Shown: positions 11,701-21,637 of the stretch, piece by piece
How positions within the stretch are numbered: the first letter of the stretch is position 1
How the letters are laid out: each line of letters begins with the position of its first letter
Assembly (NCBI GenBank): GCA_964512095.1
Contig: CAZEIH010000017.1
Coordinates: 267 to 64,266 of the forward strand
Origin: an uncultured Oscillospiraceae bacterium
GTDB taxonomy: Bacteria > Bacillota > Clostridia > Acetivibrionales > DTU013
Direction: 5' to 3'
Length of the DNA: 64,000 bases
The notes under the pieces: generated by a model
The model's input: only the letters and a program-made list of their open reading frames with translations
Told to the model about the DNA's origin: nothing
The model's database searches: none
Translations under genes and position numbers: made by a program

Positions 11701-12932
11701 TCATCCTTAATGCTTATATTTACTACATCCTTGTTAATCTTGTCGCCAATAAGTCTGACGATTGCTTGATTACTGCCAAGGGTCAGAGGAGGATAGCCAT
11801 CAAAACCATCTGTCGATATATTTTGTATTATAAAGCCATCAACAATTTCTACTACATTATCAAATTGAGCCTTAACTTCTCCATTGACTGTAACTGTAAA
11901 TCCAGCAGCGCCCTCGTTCCATTCTTTTGTTCGGTGCATTTTGGTGCCGAAATATAAATATTTTCTCTTCATTTCATGCCAATTGAAAACACTTTTGTAT
12001 CTTGTATCGACCAAGTTAGATTTTGATGCATAGTAGATATTGCTGTTACTAACATCGCTTGTTGCAATTATCTCATCATTAGCATTAATCATATTAATAG
12101 TTATTTCATCATTAGCATTAAGGCTTTCTAGGCTGTCAATCGAAGGTGTCGCTAATTCAATATCAAAATTCATTTCATTTATATTAATATACCGTCCGCT
12201 TTCTAAGTTAGCCTGTGTGTCTTTTACATATGTCAATTCAAGCGGTCCTGTCTGATACGCCTTAACGACTTTTGATTCGCTGTCCTTCTTCCACAGTGAT
12301 ATATATACTGTCTGTTGATCCTTTCCATCTAAATATTCTGAAATATCGCTATAGTAAACATAATTTAAATTACCTAATTGTTTGATTTCTTCTTGACTGC
12401 CTCTATTATCATCTTCGTCTACTTTTGTAGATATTCTAATATGACAGTCTCTTGTATCATCCATTCCAGTTATCACCACAAAGAACTGTTTATTTATATT
12501 AATATCATCATGAAGAAAATTCTTATCCGCTGTAATCAGCTTAATATCTTCCTTTTCATCTGTTAGAGGGATCATTTTTGTCTCGACTCTCTTGGGTAGG
12601 TTAATTTCCGTTTGTTCTATGTTCAATTCACTAAAGGCAAAAGTACGGGCAGAAGGAGGCGAAACCACAACCTGTGCTATATCAGGTGTACTGCCATTAA
12701 GGGTAATTGGAACAGTAATACTGCCAGTATTGCCGACACTAACTATATCTTCGCTTACAAGAACTCCGTCTGTGGCTTGCTCAAATTGCCCCTTGTCTTC
12801 AGAAAGCTCAAGGTTGCCATTGTTACCTAATGCCATTACAGGCATAATTGAGCCAATAATCATAAATAGTGCAATTGCTAATGAGTATAGGTTCTTTAAA
12901 AACTTATTATTTCTCACTCTTTCATCCCCCAT
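8727..12932 (-). CDS. SLH-domain cell-surface protein with Big_2 domain
   Basis: Signal peptide (LAIALFMIIGSIMPVMALG), about 1000 aa of unassigned beta-rich sequence, one Big_2-like Ig domain (VTDVTLNKSTL...VIWESSNPAVATV), a Gly/Asp linker and three C-terminal SLH repeats (FTDVPAWAAEYV..., FSDVNDGVYYAGAV..., FTDQDSISSYAADA...). Confidence 0.85.
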   Translation of the reverse strand: MGDERVRNNKFLKNLYSLAIALFMIIGSIMPVMALGNNGNLELSEDKGQFEQATDGVLVSEDIVSVGNTGSITVPITLNGSTPDIAQVVVSPPSARTFAFSELNIEQTEINLPKRVETKMIPLTDEKEDIKLITADKNFLHDDININKQFFVVITGMDDTRDCHIRISTKVDEDDNRGSQEEIKQLGNLNYVYYSDISEYLDGKDQQTVYISLWKKDSESKVVKAYQTGPLELTYVKDTQANLESGRYININEMNFDIELATPSIDSLESLNANDEITINMINANDEIIATSDVSNSNIYYASKSNLVDTRYKSVFNWHEMKRKYLYFGTKMHRTKEWNEGAAGFTVTVNGEVKAQFDNVVEIVDGFIIQNISTDGFDGYPPLTLGSNQAIVRLIGDKINKDVVNISIKDESGNTIGSTVESRYHQELSNCLLYKVEFDGESKYTGYDNYYVECSSDFDLYYNCAQSYLNIVRDFYIYDYELVNGNKAELKIKAVNSPGIPITVELYKNSELTDNLLAKEIDLPIDREYLLQFKDESGIILDLNSGTYIVKYSHDDGRSVYTDTFSFNIPYDSGIPLSFIGKQFFTKTDTKVPFYILLSKGRYGVSLSDQYEVTLTDRSGKIVGLATEDVTINNEPISSKVDAISLNGTISLNSDIQLAEGNYYIKIKHTNELGETQTITSFVGCLDNTKLYATSTRIQIGYNDGIELEGSAYMVKKDEPYDTTKFTYVMTDLLGNTIKVSNPVVSRSSGRYEYEDYYNIIAKVEDDISTGYYYIKPQYDGKDIYNTMMLGTVEKYMVPVSSIAEISYPISNEYGLVGFIVEGKVEKTAIIKALIYDRDNNTNFRPVKTVELMEYSDMPGYFVFTKESLSGLDLSKEYCVAVTINGVHNFTNDYIINTIDTKDIPVTDVTLNKSTLVVKINEVKQLTATVSPANATNKKVIWESSNPAVATVNNGAVLGVSKGTAWITAKAGNESAKCDVTVTADSGDGDGGGDGDGDGGGDGGGGGDGGGDGGGGGGGDGDGGGDGGGDGGGGGGTGGGGGAGGGGGVPELPTQGDGETNPEINTDSSGKVSVRMEMLENAEDLTVKSAVELVFNQGAVETLKKLNADVEIKVTKADVSKLSNEARTLIGDRPVYDLAVTSGSKKVTDLGKGLVSVRIPYTLKTGEDPNAIVVYSGDSNGNMSVMNGGIYNTETKTVVFKTNRLSLIAVGCNEKEFTDVPAWAAEYVTFLAARGVTNGIGGGKYGAGNNITRADFVTLLARIAGVDLSKYSASGFSDVNDGVYYAGAVGWASENVITKGTGNNQFSPKASITRQDMAVMIRNFAKAMKYELPKVSAKMKFTDQDSISSYAADAASALQQAGIIEGRIAGENNTRYFAPKDNATRAEVAKILTMIIKGMAE
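9791..9975 (-). repeat. GGT/GGC/GAC low-complexity coding repeat (Gly/Asp linker)
   Basis: About 185 nt of (GGN)n/(GAC)n encoding GDGDGGGDGDGDGGGDGGGGG... in the SLH protein. Confidence 0.9.
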
Positions 12933-13339
12933 TTATTTTTTATGAATAGATTGCTAACTGTGATTATAGTAGAAATGTTTATAAACGTGCCCTGTAGTCA
13001 TCATAACTAGATAAAGTGTAACACCACCACCTTAAGAATATTTGACACTGAACAATCAAACTTCATATTGCTTCACATATATTGAAAACTTGTAGTGATA
13101 GTGCAAAAGCAACTTCTGCCCTCTTTCAAAAATAGTTCTGTTTTGCATTTATTGATAATATTTCTTATATCAAGCTATATTTTATCATTTTTGTATATGC
13201 TATTCAATGGGTAAAAACAAAAAAGAGAGCTCCTAAGCTGGTATTGTAACAAGCTGTAATTGTGGCGATCAGTAAGCGTAGTATGCAGAAATCGAAGTTT
13301 TGGGCGAGCGTTTGCCCTGATATGCCATTACTTTTGCTA

Positions 13340-14053
13340 CTATATCCAGGGATTGTTCTGTCTCTCATAATCAATAGTTGTTGCGGGCCCGTGTCCAGGG
13401 TAAACCTTTAACGTACCATCCAACTCCATCAACCTCCTGAGAGAATCCTTAATAACACGGTGGTCACCTAAGCCTAGATCAGTTCTTCCAATGCCAAGCC
13501 TAAATAAGGTATCTCCTGTAAAAATACAGCCCTTGGAACTTCCGGCGTCATTCTTAACACTTTCGCTGCTTTTATCTACTGGGTAACTGTCGCCAATTAT
13601 GTCTATTGAAGCCTCCTGGCTGTTTGAATATACCAAAATGCAAATACCACCGGGTGTATGACCTGGGGTATGTATAATCTCAAGCCTAGTATCGCCAAAC
13701 TCCAGTACATCTCCATCCTTAACCTGAATATCTGCATTGTTAAATCTTCTAATCGTGCCAAATAATACTGAGCCATTGAGTCTGTGATCTCCTAAAATCG
13801 GTGCATCAGCTTCATGGATCACTGTCTTACCTCCCCTGGCACTCCGCAGCCTATCCACCTGGGCGATATGGTCGATATGAGCATGGGTCATAATGATATA
13901 CTTTAATTCTAGCCCTTCCTTGTCAAGAACATGGCTAACATCCTCAACCTCGGCTCCAGGGTCGATGACCACAGCTTCATTTTTGTCACCGAGTATATAG
14001 CACTGGGAGTCTAGCATACCTTGTAATGTAGCTTTCAAAATCATTAATAACAC
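13340..14053 (-). CDS. MBL-fold metallo-hydrolase
   Basis: HxHxDH motif (THAHIDH), HTPGHTPG and TGDTLF. Carries a ~30-aa Ser-rich insertion (SNSQEASIDIIGDSYPVDKSSESVKNDAGSSKG). Confidence 0.8.
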   Translation of the reverse strand: MLLMILKATLQGMLDSQCYILGDKNEAVVIDPGAEVEDVSHVLDKEGLELKYIIMTHAHIDHIAQVDRLRSARGGKTVIHEADAPILGDHRLNGSVLFGTIRRFNNADIQVKDGDVLEFGDTRLEIIHTPGHTPGGICILVYSNSQEASIDIIGDSYPVDKSSESVKNDAGSSKGCIFTGDTLFRLGIGRTDLGLGDHRVIKDSLRRLMELDGTLKVYPGHGPATTIDYERQNNPWI

Positions 14054-14073
14054 CTCGCCTAGCCTTTGTTTAG

Positions 14074-14135
14074 ATTCATCTATGTCTTCAGAAGGCTCTG
14101 ACCTCTATACAGCCATGCCTATTCGCCTTCACAAT
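14074..14135 (+). repeat. partial (short-variant) copy of the dispersed intergenic repeat
   Basis: ATTCATCTATGTCTTCAGAAGGCTCTGACCTCT matches the 5' part of the copies at 57323 and 59445. The remainder resembles the short copy at 49078. Confidence 0.6.
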
Positions 14136-14161
14136 CCACTAGTTCTGTCTACAGTCAATAA

Positions 14162-16354
14162 TTATCCCTTGCTTCGGTTCACTTCAAACACGCCATCCAC
14201 CTTGCGCAGCCTCTTTATTATCTTCTCCAGCTGCTCCGTATCAGTTATTTCCAATGTCAGCACAATAAGAGCAATCTGATCCTTCGTCGTTCTGGCATTC
14301 ATAGCCTTAAGAGGTATCTTAGCCTCGCCGATAGTGTTGGTAACCTCCATCAACAGTTGTGTCCTGTCATTTGCCATAACCGTAATATCGGCCTTGTAAG
14401 CCGCATTAGCTGCTGTAATCCATTTCACCTCAATAAGCCGTTCTTCCTCGCTAGCACTGCCTGTTACATTAATACAGTCACTTCTATGTACCGATACGCC
14501 ACGACCTCTTGTAATATATCCAATAATATCATCCCCGGGGACCGGGTTGCAACACCTTGAAAGCCTAACCAGGCAATTCTCGATACCTTTGACAATAACT
14601 CCATTCTCAGGAACAGTCTTTTTCTTCTTATCCTTGTCCTTCTCCTGTTTTTGCAACTGCTCCTTCTCAAGCTCATCTTTGAGCTCCTCGGGCTTCAGCG
14701 TTTTCCTGTATTCCTCCCGAAGCCTCGTAACTATCTTGCTAGCACCGATACCGCCATAGCCCACTGCGGAGAACATATCATCCTGAGAGTTGAAATTATA
14801 CTTTTTAAATACAATCTCGAGCCAATCGCTTTTAAAGAGCTGGCTGTACAAAAGCCCTTGCTTCTTCAGCTCCCGATCTATAGACTCCTTGCCCCTAAGA
14901 ATATTCTCTTCCCTGTTTTCTTTTTTAAACCACTGGTTGATTTTATTTCTCGCCTGAGAGCTCTTGACAATTTTTAGCCAGTCCCGGCTAGGTCCATGGA
15001 CATTTGAAGAAGTAAGTACCTCTACAATGTCGCCATTCTTTAGCTGATAGTTCAGCTTTACAATCTCACCATTTATCCTGGCACCCATCATTTTGTTTCC
15101 AACAGCACTATGAATGGAATATGCAAAATCTATTGGAGTGGACCCGTTAGGTAGGTTAACAACATCTCCCTTGGGAGTAAACACAAACACCTCATCAGCA
15201 AACAAGTCAACCTTTACTGTCTCAACAAATTCATTTGCATCATTGGCCTCTTTTTGCCACTCCAACATCTGCCTCAGCCAAGCCAGCTTATTGTCTAGCT
15301 CATTTCTGCCCGATGACGATCCCTCTTTATACTTCCAATGGGCAGCTATACCAACCTCGGCCACCTTGTGCATATCCCAGGTCCTAATCTGCACCTCGAA
15401 AGGATGGCCGTCATGGCCAATTAGCGTTGTGTGCAACGATTGATACATATTGGGCTTGGGCATTGCAATATAGTCCTTGAATCTGCCAGGCATGGGCTTA
15501 AAGCGCTCATGAACCAGCCCCAATACCGCATAGCAATCCTTCACAGAATTGACTATAACACGCACCGCAAAAAGATCATATATCTGATCAATTGTCTTAC
15601 TCTGTGATTGCATTTTTCGATAAATACTATAGAAATGTTTAGGACGGCCGTCGATTTGAGTCTCAATGCCGAGTTCAGTCGTTTTTTCTTTAATTTCATT
15701 AATAATGCTCATAATATATGCTTCGCGTTCGCGACGCTTTTTTGCAATCTTTTCAACCAGCTCATAGTAATCCTGTGGGTGCAAATAGCGAAGACAGCTG
15801 TCCTCAAGCTCCCATTTCACCTTTGAAATACCAAGCCTGTGCGCCAGAGGGGCATATATCTCCAATGTCTCCCTAGCCTTTTCTATCTGCTTTTCCTGAG
15901 GCATATACTTCAGGGTATGCATATTATGCTCACGGTCAGCCAACTTAATCAATATAACGCGGATATCCTTCGCCATTGCAAGAAACATTTTTCTCAGATT
16001 CTCGGCCTGTTGCTCCTCCTTAGTGGTATAAGGAATTTTGTCCAGTTTTGTGACACCATCAACAAGCATTGCCGTATCATCGCCAAACTGCCCTTTTATG
16101 TCGTCATAGGTACAGTTAGTATCTTCCACAGTATCATGCAAAATTCCAGCAATAATCGTAGTACAATCCAGCTCTAAATCTGCAAGAATGTGAGCAACCT
16201 CAATGGGATGAATAATGTACGGTTCTCCAGACTCACGAAGTTGCCCCTCATGAGCCTTTTTTGCCATAGCATATGCTTTATCAAGCAGAGCAATATCGCA
16301 GCTTGAATTGTATTTTTTAATTTTTTTGACCAATTTATTATACCGGCCGTCCAT
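14162..16354 (-). CDS. relA: bifunctional (p)ppGpp synthetase/hydrolase
   Basis: 730 aa. HD domain (HPIEVAHILADL...HDTVEDT), synthetase region (RPKHFYSIYRKM) and TGS and ACT-like C-terminal parts. Confidence 0.95.
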   Translation of the reverse strand: MDGRYNKLVKKIKKYNSSCDIALLDKAYAMAKKAHEGQLRESGEPYIIHPIEVAHILADLELDCTTIIAGILHDTVEDTNCTYDDIKGQFGDDTAMLVDGVTKLDKIPYTTKEEQQAENLRKMFLAMAKDIRVILIKLADREHNMHTLKYMPQEKQIEKARETLEIYAPLAHRLGISKVKWELEDSCLRYLHPQDYYELVEKIAKKRREREAYIMSIINEIKEKTTELGIETQIDGRPKHFYSIYRKMQSQSKTIDQIYDLFAVRVIVNSVKDCYAVLGLVHERFKPMPGRFKDYIAMPKPNMYQSLHTTLIGHDGHPFEVQIRTWDMHKVAEVGIAAHWKYKEGSSSGRNELDNKLAWLRQMLEWQKEANDANEFVETVKVDLFADEVFVFTPKGDVVNLPNGSTPIDFAYSIHSAVGNKMMGARINGEIVKLNYQLKNGDIVEVLTSSNVHGPSRDWLKIVKSSQARNKINQWFKKENREENILRGKESIDRELKKQGLLYSQLFKSDWLEIVFKKYNFNSQDDMFSAVGYGGIGASKIVTRLREEYRKTLKPEELKDELEKEQLQKQEKDKDKKKKTVPENGVIVKGIENCLVRLSRCCNPVPGDDIIGYITRGRGVSVHRSDCINVTGSASEEERLIEVKWITAANAAYKADITVMANDRTQLLMEVTNTIGEAKIPLKAMNARTTKDQIALIVLTLEITDTEQLEKIIKRLRKVDGVFEVNRSKG

Positions 16355-16439
16355 ACATTCCTCCGATAAAGCAATATGCTATATGCTGATAAGCTACACT
16401 TTTGGAAGGCTCACGTCAGAGCCTCACTATCAACTCAAC

Positions 16440-16955
16440 TCAGAACTGTAATATCGACTTAACCTCGTAGCCCTTAAGCCTATCCCTGCCATTCAAAAAT
16501 CCCAACTCAATAAAGAAAACCAAGCCTGCAACCTCGCCACCAAGCTTCTCGATAAGCTTGATATTGGACTCGGTGGTGCCTCCAGTAGCCAGTAAATCAT
16601 CTACGATAGCCACTCTCTGCCCCGGCTTGATGGCGTCCTCATGTATCTCCAATTCATCAGTACCATACTCTAGAGCATACTGAATTTTTACTGTCTTGTA
16701 GGGAAGCTTACCCTTCTTTCTTATAGGCACAAACCCTTTATTCATTGCATAAGCCAAAGGAGTTCCAAATATAAACCCTCTCGATTCAGGTCCTACTATC
16801 AAATCAAAGTCTCCCAGCTCCTCTAATAGGATTTTCATTTCATCAACACTCTGCCGCAATCCTTCCGGATCCTGTAAAACAGTAGTAATATCAATAAAAT
16901 CGACACCCTTTTTAGGAAAATCCGGTACGTGCCTGAGCTTTTTCTTAAAATCCAT
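16440..16955 (-). CDS. apt: adenine phosphoribosyltransferase
   Basis: 171 aa with the PRPP-binding motif [13 protein letters not shown]. Confidence 0.95.
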   Translation of the reverse strand: MDFKKKLRHVPDFPKKGVDFIDITTVLQDPEGLRQSVDEMKILLEELGDFDLIVGPESRGFIFGTPLAYAMNKGFVPIRKKGKLPYKTVKIQYALEYGTDELEIHEDAIKPGQRVAIVDDLLATGGTTESNIKLIEKLGGEVAGLVFFIELGFLNGRDRLKGYEVKSILQF

Positions 16956-16973
16956 GTAAACTCCCTCCGGCCA

Positions 16974-19148
16974 TTATTTTTTATAGCAATTAGTATTAGC
17001 AGCCCTCAGCTCAGTGTAAATCCTTGACGATTCAAGCTCCACCTTTTCTGCGCCCTTAACTGCTATTATTGCCAAACTCTTATGTCCTACATTTGTTATG
17101 TCCAGTAAACCAAGCTCCTCAAATATTTCAAAGGCTCTCTTTAGTTTAAAAAAGTTCATCTCTATACTGCAGTTTTCTGATAACTGAGCACTTAACTCAT
17201 ATAAATCATCAATACCAAATTCACTCCCGGCAGTTTTAGCCCTATACCTGACATATTTGTACACCATCTCAAGCTCATTTCTGTCTGGTACCAGTACAGA
17301 TGGACCTAACCCATACTGGCTCTTCATACTGCTTACCTGTCGCATAATAATACTATTATAGTCATTCGATATGTTAAAAACAATGTTTTTGTCGAGATTA
17401 GTAAAAATGCAAGGTTTTATGTCTTTAATGTTGAGCTGGAGTTTCTCAGCTCCGTTCCAAACATTAATATCCGGAGTAAAAGCAACATCTATAGCATCAC
17501 CCACACTATATTGCTGAGCCAATTCGCCCAAGTTAAATCCGATAGCCTCGATGCAGAAGCTGGCATCCCGAAGCATAAGCTTTAAGTGTTTTCCACCGCT
17601 AAGGGTCTTCATATCAGCAATGCCAAGTGCCATATACCCAAAACGCGGGCTGGGATTAGCTTCACCAAAGGGCGCCATATCAGCGATTTCTCTAACGCTG
17701 TCAAGGGTTATTTCGCCGCGTTGGACAAAGGCATCCAGCTTTAGGTAGGGTAACATATCAGCATCAGTGAGTATATTATCAGCATATTCATTTGTTCTTT
17801 TTCTTAATTCCTCTATCCTGCTACTGTGTATGGATATCCCTGCCGCCATCTCATGTCCGCCAAACCGATCTAGCAAATCCTCACAAGCACTTAAGGCCAT
17901 AAACAAATTAAAGCCCTTTATGCTCCTGGCCGACCCTTTACCATTTCCCTCATCATCAATTGCAATAACTATACTAGGCCTGTTGTACCGTTGTGTAATC
18001 TTTGATGCTACGATACCAATTACACCTTGATGCCAGCCTTCACCGAAAATTACAAGTACCTTTTCCTTGTCCGGGTTCAGATTTGACTCAACATAGCTTA
18101 CGGCATCCTCCAATATTAAACTCTCTGTTTCCTGCCGCTGTTTGTTCTCATCATCAAGCTCCTTTGCCAGTGCCTCTGCTAATACCCTGTCATTGGTAGT
18201 AAACAGCCTGACACCCCTTTGGGCATCTCCAAGCCTCCCGGCTGCATTAACCCTTGGAGCCAGGCCAAAAGCTGCACTATATGAACTAATCTCCTTGTCT
18301 CCATAACCGGCGGCTTTAATTAGTGCGTTCATTCCCAGATTTCGAGTGGTTTGCATTTCCTTTAATCCCAAGCTCGCAATAATTCTGTTTTCGTCCTCCA
18401 GTGGCACAATGTCAGCAATTGTCGCAAGCCCAGCCAGATCGATATATTTGAGATAATCTTCACATCTATCATGCCCTTCAGTGATACAGATACCCTGCAC
18501 CAGTTTAAACGCCACACCGGCTCCGCAAAGCTCCTTAAACGGATAGCCGCAGCCGGGCTTATGAGGATTCAACACTGCTACAGCCTCAGGTAAAATCTCC
18601 TTACATTCATGATGGTCAGTCACAACCACATCTATGCCTGATTCCATTAAGAATCCCACTTCCTCGACTGAAGTAATACCGCAGTCCACTGTTATTACCA
18701 GCGACGGCCTAATCGTCACTACCCTTTGCGCACTTTGCATTGTCAGACCGTATCCATCTTCCATCCTATCAGGTATAAAATAACTGATATTAGCCCCACG
18801 AGAGCTTAGAAAATTATATAAAATGGACGTAGCTGACACCCCGTCCACATCATAATCACCATAAACAAGTATTTCCTGACTACCTTCAATAGCCTGTATA
18901 ATCCTTGATACCGCCTGTTTCATACCATCCATTAAAAACGGATGGTGCAAGCGGGAGATATCCGGCCTTAAAAAGTCTCTAACATATTCTATGCCCGACA
19001 TTCCCGCGCTGACAGTCCCTAAACTTGTAATGCCCCGGCTCACAAAGACCTTCGCCAGAAGCCTTGATATGCCAGCTCCTTTCGCCAGCCTGTCCACCTC
19101 CTGCGCACCAAAGTCCTTATATGTCCAAACCTTCTCCAGCATTCCCAC
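16974..19148 (-). CDS. recJ: single-stranded-DNA-specific exonuclease RecJ
   Basis: DHH motifs (GDYDVDG, VVVTDHH) and DHHA1 (GGHEMAAG). The start could be GTG 19148 or ATG 19142. Confidence 0.9.
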   Translation of the reverse strand: MGMLEKVWTYKDFGAQEVDRLAKGAGISRLLAKVFVSRGITSLGTVSAGMSGIEYVRDFLRPDISRLHHPFLMDGMKQAVSRIIQAIEGSQEILVYGDYDVDGVSATSILYNFLSSRGANISYFIPDRMEDGYGLTMQSAQRVVTIRPSLVITVDCGITSVEEVGFLMESGIDVVVTDHHECKEILPEAVAVLNPHKPGCGYPFKELCGAGVAFKLVQGICITEGHDRCEDYLKYIDLAGLATIADIVPLEDENRIIASLGLKEMQTTRNLGMNALIKAAGYGDKEISSYSAAFGLAPRVNAAGRLGDAQRGVRLFTTNDRVLAEALAKELDDENKQRQETESLILEDAVSYVESNLNPDKEKVLVIFGEGWHQGVIGIVASKITQRYNRPSIVIAIDDEGNGKGSARSIKGFNLFMALSACEDLLDRFGGHEMAAGISIHSSRIEELRKRTNEYADNILTDADMLPYLKLDAFVQRGEITLDSVREIADMAPFGEANPSPRFGYMALGIADMKTLSGGKHLKLMLRDASFCIEAIGFNLGELAQQYSVGDAIDVAFTPDINVWNGAEKLQLNIKDIKPCIFTNLDKNIVFNISNDYNSIIMRQVSSMKSQYGLGPSVLVPDRNELEMVYKYVRYRAKTAGSEFGIDDLYELSAQLSENCSIEMNFFKLKRAFEIFEELGLLDITNVGHKSLAIIAVKGAEKVELESSRIYTELRAANTNCYKK

Positions 19149-19165
19149 CCCTACCTTTGCATATG

Positions 19166-19195
19166 AAAAAAGCTCGATTAATATCGAGCTTTTTT
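19166..19195 (-). terminator. symmetric rho-independent terminator after the yqeY-like gene
   Basis: AAAAA-AGCTCGAT-TAAT-ATCGAGCT-TTTTT: a perfect 8-bp stem with A/T runs on both sides. Confidence 0.7.
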
Positions 19196-19205
19196 CATAA
19201 TATAT

Positions 19206-19649
19206 TTAACCCAAAATCTTTTTTACGATCATATTGATCATTTTGCCGTCTGCTCTGCCCCTAACCTTTGGCATTACAGCCTGCATCACCTTCCCCATAT
19301 CTCTAACCGAAACCGCACCGGTTTCGTCCAACGCTTTTCGGACATAAACCTCCAGCTCTTCTTCGGTAAGCTGTTGGGGCAGGTACTTCAGCAGAACATC
19401 TATTTCTGCCCTTAGGCCGTCTATCAGATCCTGTCTGCCGCTTTTTTCATACTCAGGCAGAACATCCCTTCTCTTTTTAACTTCTTTTGCAATGACATCT
19501 ATTATACCATCATCATCAAGAGTAATACTATTATCCTTCTCAATCTGAAGAACTGCCGCTCTGGTCATTTGCACCGTGTTTTTTTTCACCACGTCCTTAT
19601 CCTTCATTGCATTCTTCAAATCTTCAAGCAACTGCTCCTTAAGGGACAT
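19206..19649 (-). CDS. GatB/YqeY domain protein
   Basis: The sequence MSLKEQLLEDLKNAMKDKD...TVQMTRAAVLQIEKD is typical of the YqeY family. ATG 19649 lies 7 nt after GGAGG. Confidence 0.8.
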   Translation of the reverse strand: MSLKEQLLEDLKNAMKDKDVVKKNTVQMTRAAVLQIEKDNSITLDDDGIIDVIAKEVKKRRDVLPEYEKSGRQDLIDGLRAEIDVLLKYLPQQLTEEELEVYVRKALDETGAVSVRDMGKVMQAVMPKVRGRADGKMINMIVKKILG

Positions 19650-19696
19650 TAACAAGCCTCCAATGTACAAATTGGTCTGTAGACACTGATGCGGAA

Positions 19697-19873
19697 TTAT
19701 TTAAACTTCCTTTTCCTAGCCGCTTCAGACTTTTTCTTCCTCTTTACGCTCGGCTTCTCGTAGTGCTCTCTTTTTCTAACTTCAGCCAGTACGCCAGACT
19801 TGGCACACTGACGCTTAAATCTCTTAAGTGCACTGTCGAGAGATTCATTTTCTTTCACCCGAACTTCAGACAT
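19697..19873 (-). CDS. rpsU: 30S ribosomal protein S21
   Basis: 58-aa basic protein [42 protein letters not shown]..., with GGAGGGAGGG upstream of ATG 19873. Confidence 0.95.
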   Translation of the reverse strand: MSEVRVKENESLDSALKRFKRQCAKSGVLAEVRKREHYEKPSVKRKKKSEAARKRKFK

Positions 19874-20148
19874 GTATATCCCTCCCTCCGATGGTAGCAA
19901 TTGTGCCAGGTATAAACCGTGTTTATTGCTTCGATTACTTGTGGGAATTAATCTATTTATAGCACACAGTATATTATATATTATTCTTCAAAATAAAGTC
20001 AATAGAGTAAAGGCATAAATAAACTTTATGTGACTTTAGTTTTAATGAGAAAACCTTTACCTTCATACCATACACCACTGTAAAGCCTGATGGGAAAATT
20101 TTAGAATTCACAATCAGCTAGATAGTAGTATTTGTCCTTATTTTCCTT

Positions 20149-21162
20149 CTAGTCCTTGTACCCCTCCGGGTTCTGTGACTGCCAGTTCCAAGAATCTGTG
20201 CACATTTCAACAACACTCCGCTTAGCTGCCCAGCCAAGCTCCCGCTCTGCCTTCGAGGGGTCAGCATAGCACTCTGCTATATCTCCAGGCCTTCTAGGGG
20301 TAACCCTATATGGTATATCCCTGCCAGAAGCCTTCTTAAACGCACCAATCATTTCAAACACACTGGTTCCTTTGCCAGTGCCTAGATTGTAGACAGCAAC
20401 CCCGGGATTTTCTCTGAGCTTTCCAAGAGCCTTCAGGTGGCCATCTGCCAAGTCTAACACATGGATATAGTCTCTAATTCCTGTACCGTCAGACGTTGGA
20501 TAATCATCTCCAAATACACCTAGCTCTTTTAGCCTTCCCACTGCTACCTGAGTAATATATGGCACCAAATTATTGGGTATTCCATTGGGATCCTCACCTA
20601 TTTGTCCACTTGGATGAGCGCCTACCGGGTTAAAATACCTCAGTAATATTATATTCCAGCTATTATCCGAAGCATAAACATCTCGAAGTATTTCCTCAAT
20701 CATAAATTTTGTTCGTCCATATGGATTAACAGGACTTAGTCCCGCATCCTCACAGATGGGCATCTTGTCAGTCATCCCGTACACAGTTGCCGACGAGCTA
20801 AAAACAATGTTCTTGACATTATGCCTTTGCATTGCTTCAAACAGCACAATGGAACCGGATATATTATTATGGTAGTAAAGTAGCGGCATTTCTACAGATT
20901 CACCAACGGCCTTAAGACCTGCAAAATGAATGACAGCGTCAATGGCATGGCTACTAAAGACATTGTCAAGTAACTCACTGTCCAGAATATCTCCTTTTAC
21001 AAAGTCAAAGCTCTTTCCGCTAATCGTACTGATCCTGTTTACAGCCTCCATTTTGCTGTTAGACAGGTTATCAAGCACCACAACCTCATAACCTGCTTCC
21101 AACAGCTGAACGCAGGTATGGGTACCAATATATCCGGCACCCCCAGTCACTAATACTGCCAT
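20149..21162 (-). CDS. galE: UDP-glucose 4-epimerase
   Basis: 337 aa with [13 protein letters not shown] and the YGRTK catalytic motif. Confidence 0.9.
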   Translation of the reverse strand: MAVLVTGGAGYIGTHTCVQLLEAGYEVVVLDNLSNSKMEAVNRISTISGKSFDFVKGDILDSELLDNVFSSHAIDAVIHFAGLKAVGESVEMPLLYYHNNISGSIVLFEAMQRHNVKNIVFSSSATVYGMTDKMPICEDAGLSPVNPYGRTKFMIEEILRDVYASDNSWNIILLRYFNPVGAHPSGQIGEDPNGIPNNLVPYITQVAVGRLKELGVFGDDYPTSDGTGIRDYIHVLDLADGHLKALGKLRENPGVAVYNLGTGKGTSVFEMIGAFKKASGRDIPYRVTPRRPGDIAECYADPSKAERELGWAAKRSVVEMCTDSWNWQSQNPEGYKD

Positions 21163-21267
21163 TTATAAACACCTCTTCATCTACGTATTCATAAGACGCT
21201 GGCCTCACATTCCAGCAAGGCTTACAGCTGGCCTATGCAGCTAGGGCAAAAAACATCTATTTCCTCG

Positions 21268-21612
21268 TTATAATATCTTAGCTCCTAGGCTTACACCGCC
21301 TATTAGATGATAATGCAGGTGGAACACTGTCTGCCCTGCATCTGCTCCACAGTTGTTTATAAGCCTGTAGCCTTTATCAGCTATTCCAAGCTTGTCTGCG
21401 ATCTTCTTTGCCGCCATATGTATATCACCTATGACAGAAGCATTGTCTTGTGTAAGCTCATTAACATTAGCTATGTGATTCTTTGGTATGATAATCACAT
21501 GAACAGGTGCCACAGGGTTTATGTCGTTAAACGCCAGCACCTTGTCATCCTCATACACAATTGTGGATGGAATTTCCTTCTCAATGATTTTGCAAAAAAT
21601 ACAATCGCCCAT
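21268..21612 (-). CDS. HIT-family (histidine triad) protein
   Basis: 114 aa with CIFCKI and the HLHYHLIGG triad. Confidence 0.9.
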   Translation of the reverse strand: MGDCIFCKIIEKEIPSTIVYEDDKVLAFNDINPVAPVHVIIIPKNHIANVNELTQDNASVIGDIHMAAKKIADKLGIADKGYRLINNCGADAGQTVFHLHYHLIGGVSLGAKIL

Positions 21613-21637
21613 AACAACAACCTTCCTTCCTGTATCT

